A stretch of 64,000 nucleotides of DNA from assembly GCF_036321535.1 (NCBI RefSeq), contig NC_087436.1:79052001-79116000 (forward strand). Reading direction: 5' to 3'. The notes under the pieces are model-generated. The model did not search any database and was not told where the DNA came from. It saw only the letters and a list, made by a program, of their open reading frames with translations. The stretch comes from Camelus dromedarius (Eukaryota). The translations under genes were made by a program, and so were the position numbers. Each line of letters begins with the position of its first letter. Position 1 is the first letter of the stretch. Below, one piece after another: positions 52,991 to 64,000 of this stretch.

Positions 52991-55455
52991 GATGTGAAGA
53001 CACCTTGTACATGGGCCTACATAGGTGTAGCCTGGGAGGAGATTAGAACACTTTCACCCTTTATAATCTCCATGAAAACAACCCCTTTCTTTGAGGAAGA
53101 CAAATGACTCATCAGTCTTCTGTAAACTGCTCTGTTCACATAGCATTCACCTCCTTATTCCAATCAAACTGCTGTTCTTTGTTCTTCCAATGTAAAAATT
53201 CTTGAGATGGCCCTGGCCTGAGGCCTGTGAACTCACAAAGCTACCCACAAAGCTATCTGCTACATAGTTGTAAATGACTAAGGACAGTAACTAGGCAGCT
53301 TTCAGCTGCAAGTCATAGAAAGCCCAGGTAAAAATAGCTTATATATTTCATAACACTCTGCATAGCTCATAAAATAAATGGTAGAGAAATTTTCCAGGAT
53401 AGTTCAGCAGAGAAAAGATATCATCAACGAAGCTGGCTCTTTCTTCCTCTCCACACGGCCATTCTCAAGGTCTTGCCTTAGTTCATAGGCTTGCCTTCCA
53501 GTGGCTGTCACCTAGTATCATACGTAGACATAATACACGCAACACACAAATATCAGCTGCAGAGGAAGAGTATTTCTTCCCATGCACTACGTTTTATCTG
53601 CAAGGTTGAATCTGTCCCCTAGACAGTTTCCAGTCCCTCTCCCAGGATTAGAATGGTTTCCCCGCCTCTTTTCCCTATTCCTCCAGCTGCATTGTGTCTT
53701 CACCCATCCCTTGAGGAATAGCAAGGTTTGCTGCCTTTTCCCATCAGTTCAAGTCTTTCCTTCCTTAGGGGAGAAGGGACTGGGTTTTCTCCTGCCTTTC
53801 CTACAATGGCAGCCACTCCTCTCTTCTAGGCTTGTAGGACCCAGGAGTCTGTCTCTTACCTTCCACCCTGCCCCCAGTCTTTGTCCTGGCTACCCACTGG
53901 GGGGTCCCAGGAGACCAGACTGAGAGTGGATGTGATGTGAATCCACTTATAATCATGGCTCCCTACAAGCATGCCAGCGCACACTTTTTCTTTAGCAATT
54001 TATTTAAAAATTTAGCAGAAGTCTTCCTTCCTGCTTGCATGGCTGCCCCGTCTTCCTTCCCATGCTCTGCCACAGATGACCCAGTGCTCGCATCTCATCT
54101 GTGTTTAGAAGCACAAGCCTTTCCTTACATTTCAGGCTAGTTGGTTGCCCTATAATCGCAGGTCTTTGATTGGTTTAATAAAAGTTATAATTTTGTAGAT
54201 GACCTAGCTTATTGCTGTGTGGCGAGAGCAGTGCTCTTTCCAGCTCTCTACATCTCGGCAGATGCTGAAAGTCCTCCAGGTGTTATTTTATTAAAAGAGT
54301 CTGAGGGTCTCTATTGTTGGACCACAGTGCTCATCACAGTTTTCACCCAGGACAGTCCTTCCACTTACACTCTTAACCTACCCTTTCCTACTCATCTTAT
54401 TAGCTCTCAGATCTCTTGCTTTATAACCTGAGTTTAACTATCTGCTTCTGCTTGTTGCCACAGTTCGTGGCAGATTTGCATCATCTTTTCCACCTTACTG
54501 ATGTTAGTTCCTACCCAGCCCTGAGAGTTGTAAACGCCTTGATTTTAGCACTTAAATTGATGGGAAAAGTCAGCAAACCTTGTTGTTCCTCAAGGGATGG
54601 GTGAAGACTCTCAGGGAAGGGAGGTTGAGACGGAAACAACATCACATTCAACATGCTGGGATTTTCGAGGTCTCCTATTTATCCAACTATGTTATTCACT
54701 CAATTTAACAAATTTTCTTTGAGTGCCTAGTTAACACAAAGCACACAGTTCTGGGTACCAGGTGGTTTACAAAAATCAGTCAGGCTAGCACACCTCTTTT
54801 ACCTGCTTTCAACTATATGATTCCACTTGAAACATGAACACATGAGAACAGCAGACAGACAGGGTGGGCACCAGATGGCACGAATGAAGCCTCAGGTTAT
54901 GGTGAGCCTAGAGATAGAAAGGAAAGAGAATCAGAACACAGTGGGTAATGAAGAGAGTGTAGCCTGTGAAGATCCATGGACCTTGAAGTAGAAAGATCAG
55001 ATCTGTACTGGCACTGTCCTGAGAGGATTTGCTGGTCATCTTGACACTAGAGGAGATTTGGGGAAGCGTAAGGGTTTTGTTGGAACTTCTTTTTCTCTGA
55101 GGCTGTATGAGTACTAGCCTTGAAACTACTAGAAAAAGAGAAGACAACTTAAACCATAAATAAATACATAAATAAAAGCATAAAATACATCAATAAATAT
55201 ATAAGCACATAAATAATAAAATATGTACATATCTAAACAGAAGACTAAATTCAACACATACACACAAGACTATGGAACAAAAAGCATGATTGTGTCCCCT
55301 TTTTATTTATTAATTATTAATTGTGTATGTGTGTTCCCTTTTTAAGGTTTTACATTCAGGGAAATGCACAGATCTTAAGTGTATAGTTTGATAAACTTTG
55401 ATAAATCCGTATACCCCATGTAACCCACACTCCTACCAACATATGGAACATTTCT

Positions 55456-55616
55456 TTTTCGTTAAAATCTTCTTTTTTTTAAAGTTTTTTTTTGGGGGGT
55501 GAGAGAGGTAATTACATTCATTTATTTATTTTTTAGAGGAGGTACTGGGGATTGAACCCAAGACCTTGTGCATGCTAAGCATGCACTCTAGCATTTTGAG
55601 CTATACCCTCCCTCTA
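55456..55616 (-). mobile_element. tRNA-derived SINE (Vic-1-like) within an antisense L1 3' end
   Basis: ggaggtactggggattgaacccaagaccttgtgcatgctaagcatgcactcta. Target-site duplication GAACATTTCT at 55446-55455 and 55617-55626. Confidence 0.85.
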
Positions 55617-55961
55617 GAACATTTCTATCACCTCCTGCTACTTCCCAGTAAATTCCTACCCTTTTCCATTTCCCCCTCCTCCAGTAAGTTCAGATTTTCT
55701 ACCACCATAGATTAGCTTTTTTTTTTTTATAATTTAGAACTTCATGTAAATGGAACATTTATATACATAAATATATATATATATATATCTGGTTTCTTTC
55801 ATTCAGCATATTGCTTTTGAGATTCATTCATGTTGTTGCATGTATCCTGGGATGGTTGCTGCAGATAGTGAGTTGATTTCTTGGACTGGTGCTACGGGTT
55901 ATGAGTCAGAGTTTTATTTTTCTATATGGTCTCCCATTGCCTGTTTGCATATTTAGTCTCT

Positions 55962-56110
55962 CAAAGAGAAGAAAGAAGGAGAGAGAAAGGGAAAAAAGGG
56001 GGAGAGACAGAATGGAGGAGAGAGGAAGAGAAGGAGGAAAGGAGGAAGAGAAAGACAGAGGAGGAGAGAAGGAGATGGATAGGAGGGAGGGGAGAAAGAG
56101 AGAGAGAGAG
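55962..56110. repeat. GA-rich low-complexity polypurine tract
   Basis: About 150 nt composed almost entirely of G and A. Confidence 0.9.
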
Positions 56111-56799
56111 ATCACTGGCATTGGACTTATCTGAAATCCTGGTAGCTAGAAGATGGTGGAATAACATTTGCAGGTCACTGAGGGAAAATGACAGCAGATC
56201 AGCCGAAATCCCATCAACTGTCAGGATGATAAATATTTCTGAGTAGGCACGGATTCACAAGTATGTTATCCATGCACAGCATTTAACAGGCCACTTAAGG
56301 GTAAATACTACCAAACAATAAAACAATTGGAACAGAGACCTCATATCAAGACAGGAAAGATGAAGAGAAAGGGAAATTGTGATGAGTAATTTACTTTGAA
56401 TTTATATAGCAGTGAAAGTGAATAATAACAATGTAACTGGGAATTATAACACAAGAGGAAAATTGAGGAGCCCTAAACTACAAGAGAGGTACTGCAAAGG
56501 GAAACAAAATACTTGGTGAAACAGAACAAAAATACCAACTTTTCTCAGTGAAACTTAGGAATTAAGTGGAGGTGGAAGGAGCAGAACATGCACTCCTTAT
56601 GTTCTGAAAGTCTCCACTAGGAGTGCAAGGTGTGGAAGTGAAAATATTCTTAAGACTCTCTTTTACTGAGGTGTAGTAAAAAGCCAATTGGGGACTAAAG
56701 TGTCTAGAAGGAAGGAAATGACTGACAACTGGTTCTCATATATTATTAGAGAAAAAACGTTTGATTGTGAATGTCAGAAAAGGGAAAGTAATCACTAGC

Positions 56800-57560
56800 T
56801 AAATTGAAAAGAAGATGAGATACTTTTTTTTTAAGCTTTAATACACTTTTCTCATGAGTTAAATTGAAAAGGAAATGATATAGGACATGATAGGATAACA
56901 CAATAAAATTAGGAACACCCAGAATAAGTGGTAGAACTCAGGAAATAATTAGAAAAAAAATCACATTAGAAATGAAGACTAAAGTAGAAGGAAACCGGGA
57001 GAAAATAAAAATGGCAGATAATGCTTCGTGAGAAATATAGTGAAAAGGAAGAAATTTTTAAAAATAAAAATATGTGAAAAAGGAAATAAAAAGATTTTGA
57101 GGAAAGGTGACTAACATTGAAAATAGGTAGATCTTCTGGTTTAACATATAGATAACAGTAGTTTCTGAAGAAAGAAACCAAAATAATAGAACAAGTGTAA
57201 GATATTATAATTATAGATAAGGTTTTGCCAAAAAAAAAAAAAATGAAAACTACATATGGAAAGAGCACACTGTGTACCTGAGAATATTGACCCAGAATGA
57301 CCAACATCAGCACATAGTCTAGTATGAGATATTTTTCAGCAACGCTTTATGCCACAAGAAAATAGAGTACCACACTTAAGATGTGGTACAGTCAGGAAAA
57401 GTGACGCAAGGTTGATTATATCTAACAAACCTGATTTTCAAACACAAGAGACAGAAGATGTTACTAAGAATGTGGTTTCCTTGAATACTTCCTGAGAAAC
57501 CTTTTAAAGAACTAACTTCAGACAACCAAAAGGATCAGAGAGCTATCGATAGAAGAGCTG
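56800..57560 (+). mobile_element. Degraded old L1 ORF1-region fragment
   Basis: A-rich L1M-like text (gaaagagcacactgtgtacctgagaatattgacccagaatgaccaacatc). Confidence 0.55.
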
Positions 57561-58619
57561 ATGGTGAGCATTAAATATGAACTACTTACAGAACTAAGAC
57601 TAAATTAGGCTTAAAAGCAAGAAAGTACCATTTGTAATGGCTGTGTGTGCTCACAATATAGATGTGTACAATTAAGAAAAATAAGAGGAAATGGGGCAAG
57701 GAATGGCAGGAAAATACTGAACTCTTTTTGGCAATCATATTGAAAGTGTTCGCTTTAGTGTATTCTGAGGCCATTGTGTATATAATGTGGGATGAATGAA
57801 ATGAATTATGGAAAATTCTGAGTCTGTGATCTCCTATATATTGTGGGCCAGGGTTTTGGATGTGGAAGTCAGGAGATACAGATGTAGTAGAGAAGAGGTT
57901 AAGTAAAACCACCCAAATTGGAATTGGAAGTATCATTATAAACTCATGAGTTATTTTAGCCTTAAAATATGTATATATGTCCTAGCTCTAGCCTATGAAA
58001 AGGTTCCCAAATGACCAGCATGGTAGCAATGAGCATCCCTAGCACTCAGATTGTTATCTGTAAATCTCATTCCTAAAAGGAACTAAAGGAACAAAGGCTT
58101 TTTGGAGAAATGGCTGATTCTGGGAACTAGGCTGGGAAACACGAGACGATTCAAGAACAATTTTGATACATGGCACTAACAACATATGGAAAAAATTCAG
58201 AGTAAAGATTAGTGCTCAGAAAGCAGCAGAATATGTACACTCACTTATGCTTTTTATTTAATTTTTTTTGACTTTTATAACATATTTGAGCTGGGCACAT
58301 GGGATGTAGAGTGGAAGATGAGCTAGGAAAAGGACCCCAGGATGACTTCCTTTGCATATTAGTAGGGAAACCGTGAGGGGCTAGAGACCACCTAGTTGAT
58401 TACGTAAAAATGGGAGATTCCTGAACAGAGAAACGGCCTTACTAAGTAAGAGTCTGATGAGAAGAGCTCATATACCAGCGGTGACATCACCCAGAGCAGT
58501 GCTACTCAAGCTTTAATGTGCAAGAATTACCAGATGGATTTTGTAAACATGACAACTTTGACTCAGTAAGTCAGGGCTGGGACCCAAAGTTTTACCTGGT
58601 AAAAAAGAACTAGGATTTG

Positions 58620-60000
58620 TGCACTTCCCTTAACTCAGATGTGCTTAGCTAGTTTCTTGCTAAGTAACTGAAAAGAGGGAGAGAACAAGCTTCCAGTGCC
58701 GTCCAGGTTTGTTTTTCTCACTGCTATGAGCAAAATCTAAAAATACGCAGTATTCTCTGAGAGGTTAGGCCAGGGTAATAAGCAGTCTGGAAAGGGGAGG
58801 GCTTGTCATGTCAAAAAATTTAGTAAAATTGATGCCTGCAATAACTAGGAAGACAGATAACCTTCTTCCCTAGCTTGTAGCTCTAGTGGAGGTATCTGGA
58901 AAGAGCCAATTTGTGTGTGTGGCTACTTCTTTTTGTCTTCTTTTTGTATTACAAGTAAAGTTTGAAGTTGGGGCAAACAGGGAGTACAATGTCCAGAAAT
59001 TGTGGTGCTTCACTAAGTTGAAAAAGCCAAGTGTTTTAAACCTAATACAAAAGAAAAGAAAAGAAAAGAAAAGAAAAAACAGAAGAGAAGACTTGGCTTA
59101 GAGATTTCTTGGAACCCATTAAGACTTTTTGGAAAACACAAATAAATAAAAAACAGTAGAAAACAAAGATAAGTTGAAGCAAAAGTCAAACTAACAGAGT
59201 TCTCTTCTCACATATTTTATTGTTTCAGATAATTCAAGGTTGCCATCATTCAAAAGATGTTAAGAACAGGTTAAGTGTGGAAGTCAGTAAACAGGGCAGA
59301 TTTAATGACTGCTTCTAGAAACAACTTTGGGTGTGGTCACTGGCACCTGAGACTGTCTGTAAGCAAACAGAGTTTGCAGAATAGTCAATAAAATTATGTT
59401 TTAAAAAAACACTGGAAAAACCTGGCCTAAAAATGCCCTCAATTGTTCAAGCTCTAAAGCATTTCCCTTAAGAGGGCATACCTGGCAACATTCAGATAAC
59501 TTGTATTCAGAGTGAAAAGTTTGGACCCATGGAATACAGTGAACGATCAACATCTTCTCGAAATGCACAACTAGGGTCTAACCAAGGTAGTGGATGTTTA
59601 TAATTCCTGCCCAGGATTTTACCATTGTTATAGACAAGTAACTGTTGTGTGTTTTCCACTCTTACTTTCTATGAGTTGTAACTGGTTACCCTGTTTCTGC
59701 TCCACTACTGTTTTGTATGGCATAAGGCAGAAAATTTGTTCTATAATGTACATGTGTCTGGACTATGAAAAGCCACATCCCAACCTGATGGAGAGGGTTA
59801 TACTCCATCAGATATTCTGGATTTTTAAGTTGGTAGAGAAACTGAATGGGAAACTGAATTCTCTTCTTTAGGGGTGAGAATGTTCTACTGTAAGAAGGAT
59901 ACACACAAATATTATGGTCGGAGGGACAGATGGTAGTAGAGACTGCTGATTGTCCTTCTAAAATTATCCTTTCCTTTTTCCTGGGCAAAAGGAAACTAAA
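58620..60000. mobile_element. MaLR internal and LTR relic
   Basis: Phrases typical of MLT internal and LTR sequence (gtggatgtttataattcctgccc...ggatttt; atggtcggagggacagatggtagtagagactgctg). Boundaries approximate. Confidence 0.5.
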
Positions 60001-60716
60001 TTTCCAGTCTCACTGTTGATAGGAATGGTCATTTCTAAGTTTTTGCCAAGGGAGTGAGAGATGAATTGATGTGGTACTCTCCACATTACTTTCTCGAAGA
60101 ATTTCCTTGTTTCTGGTCTTCTTTTCTTTTCCCTTCCCAGTAGAGGGAACATGCTATTTTTCACATGTCAAGTGACAAAAATTCAAGTTTGACATCCTTT
60201 CGTATTTTTGACATATATGTAGGCAAATTTGTAGAAGTTTGCACTCTTATGTATTGCTGCTTGGAAGGCAAAATGGTACCATCCTTATAAAGTGCAATTT
60301 GGCAGTATCTATCAAAACTGTAAGTACCTTTGACTCTCTTCTTGGAATGTATTCTACCTGTACACATATAAAACAATGTGTGTACAAGGTTATTCATTGC
60401 AACATTGGTTGATTGACTAAAAATAACCTAAGCGTCTAGCTATGGGGATTAAATAAACCATGGCATCCCCGAATTATATGAAATACTCTCCAGGTCTAAA
60501 AAAAGAATGAAGAAGCTCTCTGGACTTAAGCTTTCTGGACTTACGTGGTAAAATCTTCTGAAAGAGTGAAACAGTCAAGAGCAGAAAAATGATATGGTGT
60601 GTTATCTTTTGTGAAAGCTAGAAAAAATAGATAAATTTTTACATTTATTTGCTTGTTTTTGCAGACAGAAATTCTGTTAAGGATGCATACATAGTAAATA
60701 AAATTACATGTCAAGG

Positions 60717-60849
60717 TAAGGTGATCATATAATTTGTCATCCACATGGAGCAGTTTCTAGAGTGAAAGGACATGCTATTAACTACTGCTCCAGGACAACA
60801 GATGGAAAATGGCACTGTCCCAGACAAACTGGGGTGTATAATCAACCTA
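60717..60849. mobile_element. MER94-like hAT-Blackjack MITE (133 bp)
   Basis: Terminal inverted repeats taaggtgatcatata...tataatcaaccta. 8-bp target-site duplication tgtcaagg / tgtaaagg (7 of 8 match). Confidence 0.75.
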
Positions 60850-60949
60850 TGTAAAGGGTGCGGAGTGGGAAGGGGAATGGAGATATTTTTTATTGTACTT
60901 CAACAAAGTACCGGTCTGTGGTGAATTGTAAACAAAAACAACTCGTTCT

Positions 60950-61560
60950 TTACCTCGGGTAGTTTGAGGGCTGCCTTAAAGGGACGGCAAACCATAGACG
61001 TGAGACACGGAACCTGACAAAAACGCAGTAGTTTTGCGTCTTGGGCACTTACTGGGGTTGCACAAGCGACACAGTCCCTTGGAGTTCATCCGCCAATCCG
61101 AAGTGGGAGCGTGCGAGCCTGAGCGTATGGGATAAGCCGGGCGGGCCTAAGACTTGAGGAGTGGAGCTTCCTGCCACTCAAACCTGGGGGCGGGCCTAAT
61201 GCCGGCTCCCACACTCGGCGCTCTGGCCCACACAGACGCTACTCTGTGGCATCTCGGGTTCCCTCTGGCTGCACTTTGGAGGACTACACTCGTTTTCTTT
61301 TGGCAGCGAGAGGTTCCCGCAGCCTCCGCTGAGCTGGGAGAAAGATGGCGGCGGCCGTGCGACAAGATTTGGGCCAGCTCATGAATTCGAGTGGTTCTCA
61401 TAAAGATCTGGCGGGCAAGTGAGTATTTCTCAGGGGCCTGGGAGGTGGGGAGTGAAGCCAGAGACTTGCTTTCCTTGGGTTGACCGCGCCTTTCGAATGT
61501 GAGGCTAGGAGCGGGCCTGCCGACCGAGGGGGCGGGCCTGAGGTTGGTTGTGAAGGCAAA
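60950..61560 (+). promoter_or_regulatory. COPS4: COPS4 CpG-rich promoter and exon 1 region
   Basis: CpG enrichment, a CCAAT box near 61093, GC boxes GGGCGGGCCTAA near 61139 and 61188, and a YY1-type AAGATGGCGGC overlapping the start codon. Confidence 0.8.
61345..61418 (+). CDS. COPS4: COPS4 (COP9 signalosome subunit 4) coding exon 1: MAAAVRQDLGQLMNSSGSHKDLAG(K); the gene continues beyond the window end
   Basis: Peptide is recognisable as the CSN4 N-terminus. Kozak aagATGG and donor AA|gtgagt (phase 2). Head-to-head synteny with LIN54 is as I recall it in other mammals. Confidence 0.95.
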
Positions 61561-62919
61561 TGTTGGGAGCAGCAGAAAACTGGAGGGGACCTTGTGCAGG
61601 GAGCCCTCGGGACCATAGATCTGGGGTGACTGTCAACTTACTCAATTTTTGGTGGCCTCCTTTCCAGTCCCTTAAGATTCTGGAAGCGCGGTCTTTCGGA
61701 CGCCTGCTCTCTTGGCCTTCTAAGCCTTCCCTGATGCCCCTTCCCTTCTCTGGCCAGCCTCTCACACCGAATTCTGGCCTCTCTTTTCCACTACTTTCTC
61801 TTCTTTTCTTTTTGATTGAGGGAAATTTGTATTCTGGGATCTTGGTGCAGAGTTTGCCAGGGAGATGGCTTCTTGAGGCTGACGGGGGCTGAGGAGGTAT
61901 GGCCGCTATCATGTCGTCCAGAACCACTCGAACCATCTTCTTCTGTAGGTTCTTGTGTTTTGGATACTCGGTCTCCTCCACCAACTCTGAAGAAGGGCAC
62001 GTAGGCAGAATGTCACCATAACGTGGGTCAGCATATCTAGAGTAGCGATATTTGCAGGAATCTGGATTGTTTAGGAATTTTGTCGGAATTTACGTAGAAG
62101 GCTTAGATCTACTCCAACTTAAAATTTGTGACATATGCCTGGCCTACAAGCAGTTATTCAACAGTGTTAATTATAGATAGATAAACAGACAGATACATAG
62201 ACAGATAAATTGTCCGTTTTCTCTGTGGGTTTCGGAGAGCTGTTCTGTTGTAATGAACAGGCATTCTGTTTAAAGTATGCTTTTCATGTTGATCCTATTT
62301 ACAGCATGACAGCTGAGATGACTTTGATCTATATTCATAGGATATGTCTGCTCTAACCTGGACTTTGAAGCATTGACTGTTCTATGTAGGCTGTAGTGCA
62401 TCTGGTGGTAAATGCAATCTACTTTTATCAGTGGGAAATTTAGCTGTGTATCTTGAGCTTAACTACTTTGTGCGACCATTTCCCTCTCAGGAAAATTGTA
62501 TAACTATGGAACTCATTCTGTCTGGGAACATATGAATATGTGTTTGCATATACACTTTTATCACACATAGCACTTAGAACAGTGCCTGACACTTAGAACC
62601 TCAAGATTGTCATTGTTACTGTTATTTTATTAAGCAATTAACAAATGCATATTGACTTATTCCCTGGGTTGGAAATAAGTTGAATGTGTCCCATGGCTCA
62701 ATCGTTTTTTGCATGTAATTTGAATAGATTTGGATGAAAGTAAAACTGGCTTTTTTTTTTCTCCTGTGCTTGCTTTCTCCTTTTTGTTTTGTTGAAGAAA
62801 AATCTGTATTAGCTATCAGAAGAGATATAGTTTTAATGTATTTGCAGAATTCTGGAACTTAAGCTAGCATTTACTTCCTCGGCTCTGAATTGCAGATAAA
62901 CAGTAGTATCTATCTTATT

Positions 62920-63395
62920 GGGTGCTTCAGTTATTTATTGGTCTGTAACAAATCAAGAACTTAGTGGTATAAAACAACTATAATTTCTCAAGATTCTTTG
63001 GGTTGACTGGGCTGCTTTGCTGGTCTTGTCTGGGCCCACTCATACAGGAGCAGTCATCTGACAGCTCACCTGGGGTGATGGGGCTAACATGGACTCACTT
63101 ATTCGGCTGTTGGCTCAGTCTCTCTCCACATTGTCTCTGATTTAGTAGTGAGGCTTCCTTACAGAGCCATGGGAGTGTTCCAAGAGGGTGAGAGTGGAAG
63201 CTGCAAGACCTCTTAAGGCTACCCTTGGAAGTTTCACGACATCAGTTCTCAAGTACTGGTCAAAGTAAGTCACAGGACCAGGCTAGATTCAAGGAGAAGG
63301 GAAATGGGGTCTACTTCTTTATGGAAAGAGTGGTCAAGTTACATTGCAGAGGGGCATGGTCAGAGGGAGGCATAATTCATTGGACGCCAGCAATC
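62920..63395. mobile_element. MLT1-type MaLR LTR in COPS4 intron 1
   Basis: aacttagtggtataaaacaac...gagagtggaagctgcaagacctcttaaggct...ggtcaaagtaagtcaca...agattcaagg. Confidence 0.75.
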
Positions 63396-64000
63396 TACAT
63401 GGGGTTGTTGTGAAGATTAAATGAAATAATGTGCTTGATAACTGATAGCCAGTGCTTTCTGAGGAAAGTCTTGGCCTTGCCTGTAGATGCATATCTGGTC
63501 TTATCTGGACACGAATGTGTCATATTTATTTTCATAATAAAACAGTTCTGCCAGCTACGTGATATAAGGTATGTACTTACGAGATAAGTAATCTTGAAAT
63601 ATATCAGTGGTTATAGGGTTTATGTTAGGAGCTGAGTAATGGGGGATTCCATATTAAGAAATTATGGAGTAAATTCCTTTTTAAAATATTGATGCTACTG
63701 GCTGACTCAGTGAATAGCTGGAAGGGTGCAAAGCTTATATTTGTAACCAGCTTTGTCTACCCTAAAAAGCTCATTTTTTTTACCCACTAGACTATATGGC
63801 ATTTCTTGTCAAAACTTCAATTAGAAATGCTTTGCCGTAACTGTGAGATAATACAGTAGTCCAAAATTGATAAAAGAAATTAGCCATGTGAGAAGCTTAT
63901 TTGCAAGTTATATAGACTGCGTTTGTACATATTTTGAATTGTATTAATTATCTCATATAAAGTTTTAGAAGAAGAGTAAAAAGCCTTGAGAGCATTTGAG

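Noticed and set aside
55889..56246. Glu/Arg/Lys-rich and Ser/Leu/Phe-rich ORFs
   Set aside because: Produced by the GA-rich low-complexity tract.
48620..60950. Possible shared bidirectional promoter for LIN54 and COPS4
   Set aside because: The genes are head-to-head but about 13 kb apart, with separate CpG islands and repeat-filled DNA between them.
61492..61497. TTCGAA (CHR variant) in COPS4 intron 1
   Set aside because: No correctly spaced CDE, intronic position, and a hexamer alone is expected by chance.
1..64000. CRISPR array, operon or other prokaryote-type novel system
   Set aside because: The window is intron-rich mammalian DNA with no repeat-spacer array or gene cluster; nothing here supports a new multi-gene system.

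Overview
This is mammalian genomic DNA, probably camelid (inferred from a tRNA-derived SINE family resembling Vic-1 and a young L1 3' end). It holds the 5' half of LIN54, the DNA-binding subunit of the MuvB/DREAM complex, on the minus strand. Four coding exons are supported by translation and GT-AG boundaries: 35972-35292, 31465-31342, 24939-24797 and 3043-2827. The CXC/tesmin-domain exons lie beyond position 1. Two CpG islands (about 45.95-46.55 kb and 47.64-48.62 kb) look like alternative LIN54 promoters with non-coding first exons. About 13 kb further on, COPS4 (COP9 signalosome subunit 4) starts on the plus strand; only its first coding exon (61345-61418) is in the window. The rest is intron and intergenic sequence rich in L1, L2/MIR, LTR, hAT DNA transposon and SINE relics. 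I found no evidence of a novel multi-gene system. The most notable signals are regulatory: each LIN54 promoter carries a correctly spaced CDE/CHR element, the motif LIN54 itself binds, and each overlaps an AATGGCG (YY1-like) start of a tiny uORF. There is also a 13-bp exon-intron inverted repeat spanning the COPS4 first splice donor, and an antisense ORF with a splice acceptor in COPS4 intron 1. Repeat family names and comparisons to human proteins come from memory, not database searches, and repeat boundaries are approximate.
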